DNA of 64,000 bases from Heterodontus francisci (lineage: Eukaryota): positions 24,332,084-24,396,083 of the forward strand of contig NC_090407.1 in the NCBI RefSeq assembly GCF_036365525.1. The letters are read 5' to 3'. Below the pieces are notes generated by a model. That model did not search any database and was not told the origin of the DNA. It saw only the letters and a program-made list of their open reading frames with translations. Shown here in pieces: positions 35,801 through 48,675 of the stretch. The position numbers were made by a program, and so were the translations under genes. The first letter of the stretch is position 1. Each line of letters opens with the position of its first letter.

Positions 35801-38800
35801 AAATTGGCTGCTGCATTTCTTGCATTATTGTGACTACACTTCAAAAGTACTTTTTATTGGCTGTAAAACGCTTTGGGACATCCTGAGGTTGTGAAGGGTG
35901 CTACATAAATGCAATCTATCTTTCTTTTAACAGTGATTCAGCCAGGATCCCAGCATCCAGTCTCCAAATGCTGGGGGTTACCATGGGACCTTTTGAAAAC
36001 CATTGCTTTGGAGAAACTATTCAAAGACGAAGCCTTTACTTGCTTATAACTCTAAACCTCTTGTGCTTAGAAGTCCCTAATTATTCATATGAATTTAGTG
36101 AGCTCAAGATTTTCTGGAACATGAGAACAGATATCAGTATTTTGTTCAACTGAAGTTACGGTGCTCAGAGTGACCATTGAATAAAGGGAAGACCAACAAA
36201 GGAAATGTGTGTACAGCACTGCAGAGGAAACTATTTTTATTTGTGCTTTGAATGTGTGGTGATGGGCTGCTTTATTGAACTGCTGCAGCCCTTGTACTGA
36301 TGATGCTCCTGTAATGGTGTTGAATAATTGGGCCCATAATGTTGGCCACAACTTCAAAGCGCCCGCGGGAGATGTGCGGCTCGCAGCGCATCTGCAACGC
36401 AGTGTCGGCGAATTCCTGCTGGTGCTGTCGCCCACCTCCCAGAGGACGCGGATGAGCTTTCCCAGCGTCGATGGTGGGAACTGATGAAATGTTTTATTAC
36501 CTGCACCCGCTTCCCAGCTCCCCCTCGCACCCCCTCCTCCCACCAGCATCCACCTATCCCTGAGCAGGGGCCCTAACAGCCCCACTGCCTTGTGGGCGTC
36601 TCGGGAGTTCCAAGGCTAAGGGAGTAAACCCTAACAAGATCCGGAGCGGAACCCCGAAGGCGGTCATGTGTCGCCTTTGGCATGTTTCCGGCTGTTCCTG
36701 CAGCCATACCGGTGCCAAACGTCGTGCTCTGCACTCGTTTGGACCCCACCAGAAAGGCCAAAAGGGGGGTTTTGACGCTTGGGCAACTCTCAACCTCCAT
36801 ACATTCGCCCAGGCATGCGCCATGGAGAGGTCACTCCATAGTCGCCTCACAGCGACCGAAACAACACAGAAGGCAGCAGTTACGGGTTATAAGTCCAGCT
36901 CAATTGGCGTAGAGATTGGGCGCCACGGGTTGCCTTTGTCGGTGGGAGAGGTCATCGCACCTCACTGGACAGCTACCGCCCGCCTCAAACCGGGCAGCCC
37001 CCGGTCAATAAGGTTCTGTCCAGCCACAGTCCACCTGCTTCAATGGGTACTTGGAGCTCAGGGTCATTGCCCGAAAAGCGGACTGCAACACCGCACCAAA
37101 CAACATGAAAAAAGGAAAGAAGGTACCAGCCCTTCGTTTTGCAAGCTGGAACGTCAGAACTATGTGTCCTGGCCTGTCGGAAGACCTTACACAAATCAAC
37201 GATTCTTGGAAGACCGCCATCATTAACAACGAGCTCAGTAGACTCAATGTGGACATTGCAGCACTTCAGGAGACACTCCTCCCTGCGAGCAGATCTCTAA
37301 CAGAGCACGACTACACCTTCTTCTGGCAGAGTAGGGATCCTGAAGAACCAAGACAGCATGGAGTGGGCTTCGCCATCAGAAACACTTTGCTCAGCATGAT
37401 AGAGCCACCTTCAAATGGCTCGGATGCATACTGTCCATCCGACTGCTCACCGCCTCTGGTCCAGTACACTTACTCAGCATCTACACTCCAACACTCTGCT
37501 CCCCACCTGAAGATAAAGACCAGTTCTACGAGGAACTCCATAATATCATTAGTAGCATCCCCAATACCGAACATCTGTTCCTGCTGGGGGACTTTAATGC
37601 CAGAGTTGGGGCCGACCATGACGCATGGCCCTCCTGCCTTGGGCGCTATGGCATTGGAAGGATGAATGAGAATGGACAGAGACTGCATGAGTTGTGTACC
37701 TATCATAAGCTCTGCATCACTAAATTGTTCTTTCACACTAAACCCTGTCACCAGGTTTCTTGGAGGCACCCAAGATCACGTCGTTGGCACCAGCTGGACC
37801 TCATCGTCACAAGGCGAGCCTCTATAAACAGTGTTCAAATCACATGCAGCTTCCACAGTGCGGACTGCGACACCGACCACTCCCTGGTGTGCAGCAAGGT
37901 TAGACACAAACCAAAGAAGCTACATCACTCCAAGCAGAAGAGCCACCCGCACATCAACACGAGCAGAATTTCTTATCCACAGCTGTTAAATAAATTTCTA
38001 AATTCACTTGAAAAAGCCCTTCAAAACACTCTCACAGGGGATGCAGAGACCAAGTGGGCCCTCATCAGAGACTCCATCTATGACTCACCTATGGGAAACG
38101 TGTGAAGCGGAATGCAGACTGGTTTCAATCTCATTTTGAAGAGCTGGAACCTGTCATAGCTGCTAAGCGCATTGCACTGCTGAACTACAAAGAAGCCCCC
38201 AGCGAGTTAACATCCGTAGCACTTAAAGCAGCCAGAAGCACTGCACAAAGAACAGCCAGGCGCTGTGCAAATGACTACTGGCAACACCTATGCAGTCATA
38301 TTCAGCTGGTCTCAGACACCGGAAACATCAGAGGAATGTATGATGGCATTAAGAGAGCTTTTGGGCCAGCCATCAAGAAGATCGCCCCCCTCAAATCTAA
38401 ATCAGGGGACACAATCACTGACCAACGCAAGCAAATGGACCGCTGGGTTGAGCACTACCTCGAACTGTACTCCAGGGAGAATGTTGTCACTGAGACCGCC
38501 CTCAATGCAGCCCAGTCTCTGCCAGTCATGGATGAGCTGGACGTACAGCCAACAAAATCGGAACTCAGTGATGCCATTGATTCTCTAGCCAGCAGAAAAG
38601 CCCCTGGGAAGGATGAAATTACCCCTGAAATAATTAAGAGTGCTAAGCCTGCCATACACTCAGCACTCCATGAACTGCTTTGCCTGTGCTGGGACGAGGG
38701 AGCAGTACCACAGGACATGCACGATGCCAATATCATCACCCTCTATAAAAACAAAGGTGACCGCGGTGACTGCAACAACTACCGTGGAATCTCCCTGCTC

Positions 38801-41800
38801 AGCATAGTGGGGAAAGTCTTCACTCGAGTCGCTCTGAACAGGCTCTAGAAGCTGGCCAAGCGTGTCTACCCTGAGGCACAGTGTGGCTTTCGAGCAGAGA
38901 GATCCACCATTGTGTTGCTGTTCTACCTTCGTCAGCTACAGGAGAAATGCCACTAACAACAGATGCCCCTCTACGTTGCTTTCATTGATCTCACCAAAGC
39001 CTTTGACCTCGTCAGCAGACGTGGTCTCTTCAGACTACTAGAAAAGATCAGATGTCCACCAAATATCATCACCTCATTCCATCACAATATGAAAGGCACA
39101 ATTCAGCATAGCGGCGTCTCATCAGACCCCTTTCCTATCCTGAGTGGCGTGAAACAGGGCTGTGTTCTCGCACCTACACTGTTTGGGATTTTCTTGTCCC
39201 TGCTGCTTTCACACACGTTCAAGTCTTCAGAAGAAGGAACTTTCCTCCACACAAGATCAGGTGGCAGGTTGTTCAACCTTGCCCACCTAAAAGCGAAGAC
39301 CAAAGTACGGAAAGTCCTCATCAGGGAACTCCTCTTTGCTGACGATGCTGCATTAACATCTCCCACTGAAGAGTGTCTGCAGAGTCTCATCGACAGGTTT
39401 GCGGCTGCCTGCAACGAATTTGGCCTAACCATCATCCTCAAGAAAATGAACATCATGGGACAGGACGTCCGAAATGCTCCATCCATCAATATTGGCGACC
39501 ACGCTCTGGAAGTGGTTCAAGAGTTCACCTACCTAGGCTCAACTATCACCAGTAACCTGTCTTTCGATGCAGAAATCAACAAGCGCATGGGAAAGGCTTC
39601 CACTGCCACGTCCAGACTGGCCAAGAGAGTGTGGGAAAATGGCGCACTGACACGGAACACAAAAGTCCGAGTGTATCAAGCCTGTGTCCTCAGTACCTTG
39701 CTCTACGGCAGCGAGGCCTGGACAACGTATGTCAGCCAAGAGCGACGTCTCAATTCATTCCATCTTCGTTGCCTCTGGAGAATCCTTGTCATCAGGTGGC
39801 AGGACCGCATCTCCAACACAGTAGTCCTCGAGGCGGCCAACATCCCCAGCTTATACACACTACTGAGTCAGCGGCGCTTGAGATGGCTTGGCCATGCGAG
39901 CCGCATGGAAGATGGCAGGATCCCCAAGGACACATTGTACAGCGAGCTCGCCACTGGTATCAGAATTACTGGGCGTCCATGTCTCCGCTTTAAAGACGTC
40001 TGCAAACGTGACATGAAGTCCTGTAACATTGATCACAAGTCGAGGGAGTCAGTTGCCAGCGATCGCCAGAGCTGGCGGGCAGCCATAAAGGCGGGGCTAA
40101 AGTGTGGCGAGTCGAAGAGACTTGGCAGTTGGCAGAAAAAAAGACAGAAGCGCAAGGGGAGAGCCAACTGCGTAACAGCCCCGACAACCAATTTTATCTG
40201 CAGCACCTGTGGAAGAGTCTGTCACTCTCGTTATGGCCTTTATAGCCACTCCAGGCGCTTACCCATTGTCTCCCAAATCAAGGAGGCTAAAGAATAAGAA
40301 TGGTGTTGGATAAGCAATTGCATGATTTTAATCCAATGACCATGAAGGAAAGGCATTATATACCCAAGTCAGGGTGGTGTGTGACTTGAAGGGAAACTTG
40401 GAGGTGATGTTTACATGATCTTGCTGCTCTTGGCTTTCTTGGTGATCGAGCAGCACAGGGTAACAAAAGCAAAATACTGCAGATGCTGGAAATCTGAAAT
40501 AAACAGAAAATGCTGCAAAAATGCTCAGCAGGTCTGGCAGCACCTGTGGAGAGAGAGAGAGAGAAACCGAGTTAACGTTCCAGGTCTGTGACCTTTCATC
40601 AGCAGGCTGTCCATGCAGTCTGCTGTACAATTTCACTAAATCTGGCAGATGCTTTTGAAATCTATTATGCTCCCTTCTAATGTCTAAGCAACAGTATTGC
40701 TGTGTGATTCTGAAAACTACATTGTGTTTGCTGGGATGTCCAGCCATTTCTAGTGGCCTCTCATGCATGTAGTCAATACTGGCATGACTGTGGTTGCTGC
40801 TGTGGTCTAAGTATATTGAACAATACTTAGAATGCTGTCTGCTAGCATTCATGATCTTTCACCTGTGGTCAAAAACAACTTGCATTTATATTGTGCTTTT
40901 AGAAAAATGTCCCCATAGCATTTCAGAGGCAGAAAGAAAATGGACCCCAGAGAAGTTTAGGGAAGCAATTCCAGGTGGCTAAAGGCACAGCTGACAGTGG
41001 TATGGTGATGATAGGGGGACATACAAGTGTCCAGAATCCGTGGAATGGAGAGTATAGAGTTCTGGAGAGATTTAAACAGAAATGTGGACATTTTAAATTT
41101 GAGGTGCTAGAGGATCAGGAACAATTTGTAGATCAGCAAAGATGGGTGAACTGATCTTGGAACTACTGAGACCACAATTTTGGTTTACACTCCAACTATT
41201 TAATACTGAGCATGGATGGAGATAATGATTGGCATATATTACGTCACTAATGGTTTTCATTTCTGTTTTTCAGTTGCAAATCTAGAAAAGCCAGGCACAT
41301 TTGTTGGCAATGATGTGATAGTTGCCTTTGCAAGGAACAACCAAGTGAATATCATGATCCACCAGCTTAATGCCCCACTTTGGCAGGTAATATACAACAC
41401 TTCATGTTGAGATGCTAACATAATACACTGAGTTTATAGAGGATGCTGTATTAAAGATTTATAATTCATCAATGAGTTTGTTAGGAATGATTTGTGCAGC
41501 CCCCATCACCTCACATTTTGTACTCAGCAGCTTCCTCTTTAGTATTCTATTGGGCCTATATTCTCTGGCGTTCAGAAGAATGAGGTGTTCCAAGGGAGAG
41601 ACACAAGATTCTGAAAGTGGCTTGATAGGGTAGAAGCTGAGAGATTGTTCCCACTAGTCAGGGGACATAGTCTCAGGATAAGGGGTCAATCATTCAGGAT
41701 TGAGATGAGGAGAAATTACTTCACTCAAAGGGTTGTTAATCTTTGGAATTCTCTACCCTAGAGAGTTGTGGGTGCTGCACCATTGAATACATTTAAGGCT

Positions 41801-44800
41801 GGGATAGATTTTTTTTTTTTTTTTTTGGTCTCACAGGGAATCAAGGGATATGGGGAGTGGGCAGGAAAGTGGAATTGAAGCCCAAGATCAGCCATGATTG
41901 TATTGAATGGCGGAGCAGTCTCGATGGGCCAAATGGTCTACTTCTGCTCCTATTTCTTGTTCTTTTGTATTGTGTAGCATGCTTGTGGTGTTCTGTTAAA
42001 GACTTCAAGTACACTTGCATTGTAGCAGTGGGGTTCTAATTGAATGTTTTGCGTATGCATGGCAGATGTGGTCTTTCTACGTGGGGTGTTAGTGTTTGTG
42101 TGGAGTGATGTCCAGGAGATAATGGTTCTGAATGCTTAGAGGTTATTACAATATGTGACATTATCAGTTGACTGAGCCTGGATGTCAGATGCTTATTGGG
42201 CACGCTGGAAGATTGACATTTGATGGTTTTATAATATAGGTGATTATTTTGTATCAGTCATATGTCTGTTTTTGTGGTATTAATGCCTTGGATGCAAACT
42301 GTTATTTGCAGGAATTAGATTAGATTAGAGATACAGCACTGAAACAGGCCCTTCGGCCCACCGAGTCTGTGCCGAACATCAACCACCCATTTATACTAAT
42401 CCTACACTAATCCCATATTGCTACCAAACATCCCCACCTGTCCCTATATTTCCCTACCACCTACCTACCTACACTAGTGACAATTTATAATGGCCAATTT
42501 ACCTATCAACCTGCAAGTCTTTTGGCTTGTGGGAGGAAACCGGAGCACCCGGAGAAAACCCACGCAGACACAGGGAGAACTTGCAAACTCCACACAGGCA
42601 GTACCTGGAATCGAACCCGGGTCCCTGGAGCTGTGAAGGTGCGGTGCTAACCACTGCGCCACTGTGCCGCCATTGCAATGGTTACCTTTGGTTCTAAGCT
42701 GGTGGCTCTCAGTTAGGTCTCCTCAATTGATCCCACAGAAATCAAATTCATCTTGTCAAATGAAACTAACCAACATTAGTCATCCAGCCACTAACAATCA
42801 GGCAACTTCTCAGCTTCAACTGCACAACAAATCTGATCTCAGAGGTGCAGTACCCTGACTATCAGTGGTCTAGAAAATCCAAACACAGCAGATTGAGAGC
42901 TTGGACAGTGAAGTAAGAGGTCCGTTGAGGCACTGTTGACTGATACTTTGAAAGGGAGGGATTAAGATAGGGCAGAATTCGAGGGTGCAATGAGTAAAAT
43001 AAGCTGCTGGCCCATCTCTGTCTTCTGGGGCTCATTAAACCCCAATGCAAGCAATTTTCTGGGTGGCTTCCACTACTGCACCTAAGAAGCGACAGATCTG
43101 GAAGCCAGGGTATTTTTTATTTTTATTTTATTTAGAGATACAGCACTGAAAGAGGCCCTTCGGCCCACCGAGTCTAAGCTGACCATCAACCACCCATTTA
43201 TACTAATCCCATATTCCTACCACATCCCCACCTGTCCCTACATTTCCCTACCATCTACCTATACTAGGGGCAATTGCTAATGGCCAATTTACCTATCAAC
43301 CTGCAAGTCTTCGGCATGTGGGAGGAAACCGGAGCACCCGGAGGAAACCCACGCAGACACAGGGAGAACTTGCAAACTCCACACAGGCAGTACCCAGAAT
43401 TGAACCCGGGTCGCTGGTGCTGTGAGGCTGCGGTGCTAACCACTGCGCCACTTTGCCGAAAGGGTGAGAACAGGAGAAGGCTTGGCTGCCCTGTCTGTGG
43501 CATCCCATTCTTGCCTACCTTCCATGCCAGGCCTCTAACACGTGGAAAAAGTTGGTCGAGGTACACAAGTGGGTTCGGCATCCTTGATGCCAGCAAAGAG
43601 TCTGCACCTTCAGATAGGAAGGGGAAGAAAAATTTAGCAGGAAGAATTGAAGATGTCTGAATCCAGGCATTTGTGGGGGTGCTTGTTGCAGAAGAAAGAT
43701 AGCAAGCACTTCACAGTCATTGAGGCACCACTGGGAAAGTCTTCAAGATTTGGTTTCCATTCCTGGCCTACTGTTACCAGAGAACTGTATCTCTACAAGA
43801 CGAACCAGAACAGCCCATGGCATTGAACAAGCCTGTTACTCTGGTGTGTCCTCTCCACAACCCCCACAGAAGGCAGTTTCAATTACTCTGGACCAGAAAA
43901 TGATTTATCTTTAAATTCCATTGTATGAATTTATAAAGAACATGTATGATCAGCTGTTGTAGCCATACTTGAGCACTGTGTTCTCCTCATCTGGTAAACT
44001 GCATCTCGTGTTTTGTTGATAATGAGGGGTGTTCATGAATGCAGAGGCATGGAACACCTTTCCCGCTTTAGATGCTCAGTGTCAGCATCAAGCACTCCCA
44101 GATCAGGATAGAACAGTGTCTAATACACTGCATCACCTACTCTGCCATTAGCTGTCTTTTCATGTCAGCTTAAGGCTAGTACAAGTGAACCTCCAAGAGC
44201 TGCTCCAAATGGTACTTGATCAAAAACTGGGGTCACTAAATGTTTCAGATAATGCATTGTAAATTCTGGCAGGACTTTGTTTGAATGATGCCGTTTAAAA
44301 TAGCGTGCAGTTTATCATAAACTTGTATTTGTAAGCAGTTTTGGGGCATATGGGATGTCGTTATGGGCACTTACTGTGTGATGCTGGGCTGTTTTCCACC
44401 CACAGCTGAAGTTTGAAGTCTGTCCTCTAAATATTGCAGAACTTGAAACTGTATACAGAGCAAATACCCAGGGCTCATGTCCGTATGAATTGAATGTAGC
44501 AATTGTTGTGTAAAGGCCTTGTGACCAGGTATTGGGTATCTCTGTAGCTCATTGATTGATTCCCAGTGTTTTCAATCAGAATGTGGGGAAAGCTCTCCAC
44601 TGCGTCTTGTGCATAATGGGATCATAAAGAACCAGTTTCCCATTTTTTATTTGGACATATAACACAGGTAACACAGGTCACTCATAAATAACTCAAACAG
44701 TAATGGTTAATCAATTATTTTAACCCTGCAGGTTTTTGGAACCCGGAAGAGCAATGCTGTGGAGTTACATATTGCCTACAGATACGGGGAGCACTATGAC

Positions 44801-47800
44801 AGTGTGCGGATGCTCAATGATAATTCAGAAGCACCTGCAAACCTAAAGACAGAGGTTGGTAAATGTATGTGATTGTGCCCTTAACGCTTTTCTACACTTT
44901 TTTTTTTCCCCCCACCTTACACAGGTGTACGCACAATGTCATTTTTTTTGTAAACATGCAATGTTAATATTGAGAAGTTACATTTACTGGAAGGGTCTGT
45001 AACCTGCACTCCCGTTCTTAATCAGCTGGAAAAGAGACAGAATTAAAAGTCAATAAGCAGCTCAAAACATTTTTGGTGCAAGTTTAGGAGTTTGCTGGTA
45101 AGTTAGCTTGCAAACTCTTGCTGACCTGGAGGCTTAATTTCTTTTAATGTTTGCTGCTCAGGCTGTGGAATGACTTCTGAACATGTAACCAGGATGGGGA
45201 GTGAGGAGGACTGATCTGATTTAACTTTACCAGACAACAGCCACCAGAAACTTTGGTCTCTTGTGTGTTAAACTGCAAAACTTGAATTTTCTTTAGAACT
45301 TTAGGTTGAGACAACATAGCGCAGGGCTGCTTCTTCATTTTTGCAGTGTTTTGTACAGCAAACACAGGTATAAATGCAGCCCTGTTTTTATTGGGAAGTG
45401 GTTGCTACAGCACCAGATCCACAAATATTCACGTTTAAATATGTTACTCTCTCAGATGCTTATTAAAGATGATTCAACGAAGAAAGATCGAAACAAAATG
45501 TGTCATTACCAGATGGAAGATATACGGGATTTTGAAAGTGAATTGACCAAGACTGATTTGAATGATGCAGTTCAGAAAGTACGCAACGCAACAGGATGCA
45601 TGGTGAGTGGCTGGAAACAGCTCGGTCAAGCCACCTTCAATGTTCCATGACTAGGCTTGCAGTAAAACACATGAAGTAACTCTCCAATTGCTGGGATCAT
45701 GCTCTATATTTAATATCAAGTAAAATCTTTCTTTAAATGAATTGTAAAGGTTCTGCATTTATCTACTTTTAGATGATTTGTTTTCAACCAGATTTGTAGT
45801 TTTGTGTAAAGCTCCTATATAAGGTCTGCTGATTATCAAGTCAATAACACATTGGTCATAATTTTAAAAATCTATAACAGCCTAAATTACAATTTGATAT
45901 TAAGATGTTTTTATTTGAAATCTTAGAGCTCACTGTGACCATACTTTGTGTGACTTCTATCCCTATTTGTCAAGTTTTCGTTTTCTGTGAGTCTTTCATT
46001 TGGAGTTTATGCTACAGGAATTGTGTATTTAATCTTTCTTTAAAAAAGAGAGGGGTTTATTAGCACAGTGGCTACCTGCGGTATCTGGTATAGTACTGAG
46101 CCACAGTAACCTGGACTGCTTAGTCCATTGTGATACTCGGCCACACTGACCAAGAGTTTGTTGGCTGATCAAGTCAAGAACAGTAGCAGTGCTACATTTG
46201 GCCTCCGTGCTATTTGGTTAGGGAGAGGGGAAAATCTGCCAGGGGATCAGTGACCCCTGCTGGAAAGTTTGTTTGTATGTTCAGTGAGAACATATCTGCT
46301 TTTGGTTATGATAACCCCCACAGTCAGACAACCAAAAGACATTTGCTGTTGCGGCGCATAAATGAAGAATGGCTGCAGGGGTCAGGTACAGTGCCTTTGG
46401 AACCTGAACGTGAATAAGAGTCAACATTCACAGGAGAGGAGGGAAAGATTGGGAAAGTGAAGTGATTTGATGTACAGTTGATGATCTTCTTGTTTTCCTG
46501 TAGGACACTGATGTGATTGTTCAGAATCTGGAGGCTGAAAACTACAACATTGGGTCTGTGATATTTGCCATCTTGCAGATAGATGAACTGAAGAATAGCA
46601 GTGAGTTCCACACCGGGATATTCCGATATATTCTTTGTACAAGTTCACTTCAAGAGATTTTGAACTGCAGTGATTTTCTGACTGACTTCCCTATTTTTAT
46701 TGTTTCTCTGTAAGCTTTGCCCTTTTGGTTCTCAAGATTGTTAGGATTTTACACAAACATTTGACTTGTCAACCCTGTAGAGGGTCCTGAGGCTTTCACT
46801 CCACTTGTTCAGAGGCTCCCATAGATAGCATTAAAGATATTTCTAAATTGTTATTGGGTATGTGCTTCAGTTTATGTAAGTTTCCAGATCATTGGTAGTT
46901 TATATTGCCTGAAACCAGTCCTAGCAAACAGCCTAGCTCTGTCAAAATAAAAGATTACACTTTATAACTCGAGGGCAATTAGGGATGGGCAATAAATGCT
47001 GGCCTGGCCAGCGTCTCCCACATCCCATGAATGAATTTTAAAAAAAAATTAGCGTGTCTGGGGATGGAGCCTTCCATGATGATCATCTAGGTAAGTGTGC
47101 TGTCTGGGATAGCAGTATCAGACTTGGTTGGGAAATTTTTAAAACATATAGGTCTAGAATATCTTGTTCCTTCTTACATAATGTAATTGTGATTCAGTCA
47201 TTTTGTATTCACTGGTGCAGAACCGCAGTCTGTTGCGTGACCCAGTTTCTGACCTGTGAGTGCGTCATATGTGAATTTAATGTTTTTTAAATTTAGATAG
47301 TGATGAAGAGTCCAACAAAACCAGTTCTAATTGCAGCCCTCAGCACATGTCACCTCTCTGGATGGAGAACGGAACTGGTAACAGGATTTTTGGAAATCAA
47401 AGTGTCAAAACTGACGAAATCGAAAACAACAGGCGGCTGAATGAAAAAGAAGAAAACAAAAGGACCAAAAATAAGCTGTATAAGGTATGTGTTAGACAGT
47501 GTGACCAGGGACAGATGAAAAGAGAATGGTCTGTACAGTAACATGTGACATATGCCCTTGTTATAGCAAAGACTGTATAATGTCCAAGGTTCCAGGTGCT
47601 GTGGAATTTCTAAATTTTATAATGCGGAGTGGATTCCACAGCACTATACAGAAAGCTGCACCTGGGCAACTTTGTCCACTTCTGAGTCTTTAAATTCATG
47701 GTTTGCAGCATAACTTCTGGTTAGGAGGCATTCCCCAATAAATCTTAAAAGATCTATGGTAGGAAAGCCATGTCATCATCTTTTATGGGGGGGCAACATT

Positions 47801-48675
47801 GCCATCTCATTTCCCTCCCAGTATAGACTTCAAAGTTAGGACTGCCATCAGCAGATATGCAGTATAACTTTGTTAATGTACTTTTTTTTCACTATATTTT
47901 CTCCTAGAGGCATTGATTCCTTGCTAAATTACAGTTCTGCAAGCAAAGGGTGTTCTTCTCCCTTAACCCAAATGTCTTGCTCAAGTGGCCAATATTCATG
48001 GATTATTCTTGACGGTGAACATTGGCAGGCTACTCCAATGCAAGGGGCATTTCAGTCAAGCCCACTCCTGTCCTCTGAATACTTGCACTTCCAGCAATGG
48101 TCACTGGATAGTAGTTAACATGCTTTGCTTTACCTTTTTTCTCCAGGGATGTAGGGGCCATTTATAGCCCCTTAACTATTACCCCAGCTAAGATCAGTTT
48201 ACTCAGCACAGGCCAGGGATCAAACCTGGAGTCTTCCTGGTTTCAGATATTGATTGAAGAAACTCAGAGCTACCAGAGAACTGCTAAAAGTGCAGCTTTA
48301 ACACCATCTAATGTACTATTCTATAAAGAAGCTTATAAGGAAAAGTGTAACTTGATATTTTATACAGATCACTTCTTGATATGCTCATTACAGAAAATAA
48401 TGAAATATTCATCATGCATAATGGCTGTTGAAATGCATGATGATTTTCAATGCACCACTGTGATTTTTGCTGGTTAATTTGCATTTTTAAAATTCTAGGT
48501 GACAAATAAGCAGCGAAAAGAACAGCAAAGATTAGAAAAGAAGAAACGACAGGAAGAAAGACATAGACAGAAGGTTGTAGACAGCAGGAGCAATAATATG
48601 GAAGACCATGGAACTAATAGGGACTTTCAGGCACCGGTTACCCTAGTGAAAACGTTTACTACTTTAAATATTTGA
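29680..48675 (+). CDS. OTUD3: OTU domain-containing deubiquitinase 3, whole coding span (8 exons, 1197 nt, 398 aa)
   Basis: Exons of 203, 149, 113, 123, 147, 97, 188 and 177 nt join in frame through GT-AG introns. Contains the OTU Cys box GDGNCLFRAL, the His box GEHYDSV, a UBA-like segment and the C-terminus [12 protein letters not shown]. Confidence 0.95.
30425..30672 (-). mobile_element. Short 3' fragment of a Tx1/L1-clade LINE
   Basis: Homologous to the 3' UTR at 60028-60283, with a poly(A) tail and an 11-bp duplication tatggactatt (30414-30424/30673-30683). Confidence 0.8.
31890..32190 (+). mobile_element. tRNA-derived SINE, 5'-truncated copy of the family at 61975-62370
   Basis: Shares gaaggaaatctgccgtcctta...gactccagacccacagcaatgtg...ggcaatta.ggatgggcaa and an A-rich tail. 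Confidence 0.75.
33108..34001 (-). mobile_element. Solo LTR (Gypsy/Gmr1-related) inside a CR1 fragment (about 32795-34400) in OTUD3 intron 1
   Basis: TGTTA...TAACA termini. The reverse-strand end gtgcattcctcccgcctcagttgtaaca matches the U5 ends of LTR A and of the 10565 solo LTR. The 4-bp duplication is imperfect (ctgt/cttt). Confidence 0.78.
34887..35035 (+). CDS. OTUD3: OTUD3 coding exon 2 (catalytic Cys)
   Basis: ag|[51 protein letters not shown]|gtgag. Confidence 0.95.
35475..35925 (+). mobile_element. SacSINE1/AmnSINE1-like Deu-domain SINE
   Basis: tRNA-like head (ggttcaagcc B box), Deu core ccatggcactatttgaagaagagcaggg and tail cgctttgggacatcctgaggttgtgaa...aaatgcaa. Confidence 0.75.
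36328..40298 (+). mobile_element. Apparently full-length RTE-clade LINE in OTUD3 intron 2
   Basis: 15-bp duplication with one mismatch, aatggtgttg(a/g)ataa (36313-36327/40299-40313). Has a 5' UTR of about 780 bp, a single EN-RT ORF region and a short A-rich tail. Confidence 0.92.
37105..40297 (+). pseudogene. RTE ORF (AP endonuclease, reverse transcriptase, C-terminal C2H2 finger) with a few frameshifts and stops
   Basis: [72 protein letters not shown] and [17 protein letters not shown]. Frameshifts lie near 37425 and 38100, and stops near 38846 and 38955. Confidence 0.9.
41274..41386 (+). CDS. OTUD3: OTUD3 coding exon 3
   Basis: cag|[38 protein letters not shown]|gtaat. Confidence 0.95.
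41545..41965 (+). mobile_element. CR1-type LINE 3' end fragment
   Basis: gagatgaggagaaattacttcactcaaagggttgttaatctttggaattc followed by a CR1-like 3' UTR and tail. Confidence 0.7.
42315..42671 (-). mobile_element. HE1-type V-SINE
   Basis: Reverse complement of the 21519 family, with an intact head and a (ctaat)n tail. Confidence 0.85.
43111..43458 (-). mobile_element. HE1-type V-SINE
   Basis: Reverse complement of the 21519 family, with an A-rich tail. Confidence 0.85.
44732..44854 (+). CDS. OTUD3: OTUD3 coding exon 4 (catalytic His)
   Basis: cag|[41 protein letters not shown]|gttgg. Confidence 0.95.
45456..45602 (+). CDS. OTUD3: OTUD3 coding exon 5
   Basis: cag|[10 protein letters not shown]...[15 protein letters not shown]|gtgag. 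Confidence 0.9.
46504..46600 (+). CDS. OTUD3: OTUD3 coding exon 6 (UBA-like)
   Basis: tag|[32 protein letters not shown]-a|gtgag. Confidence 0.92.
47297..47484 (+). CDS. OTUD3: OTUD3 coding exon 7
   Basis: ttag|at-SDEESNK...[16 protein letters not shown]...KNKLYK|gtatg; the phase matches exon 6. Confidence 0.88.
48499..48675 (+). CDS. OTUD3: OTUD3 coding exon 8 (last)
   Basis: tag|[25 protein letters not shown]...[12 protein letters not shown]-stop. Downstream AATAAA candidates lie near 48923, 49763, 50265 and 50281. Confidence 0.94.
   Translation: MTNKQRKEQQRLEKKKRQEERHRQKVVDSRSNNMEDHGTNRDFQAPVTLVKTFTTLNI

Noticed and set aside
36481-36500. CTGATGA in the RTE 5' UTR as a hammerhead core
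   Set aside because: No helix II followed by a correctly placed GAAA box.
36666-37226. 186-aa ORF as a possible RTE ORF1
   Set aside because: It has no recognisable domain and overlaps the main ORF out of frame in GC-rich sequence. RTE elements normally have one ORF.
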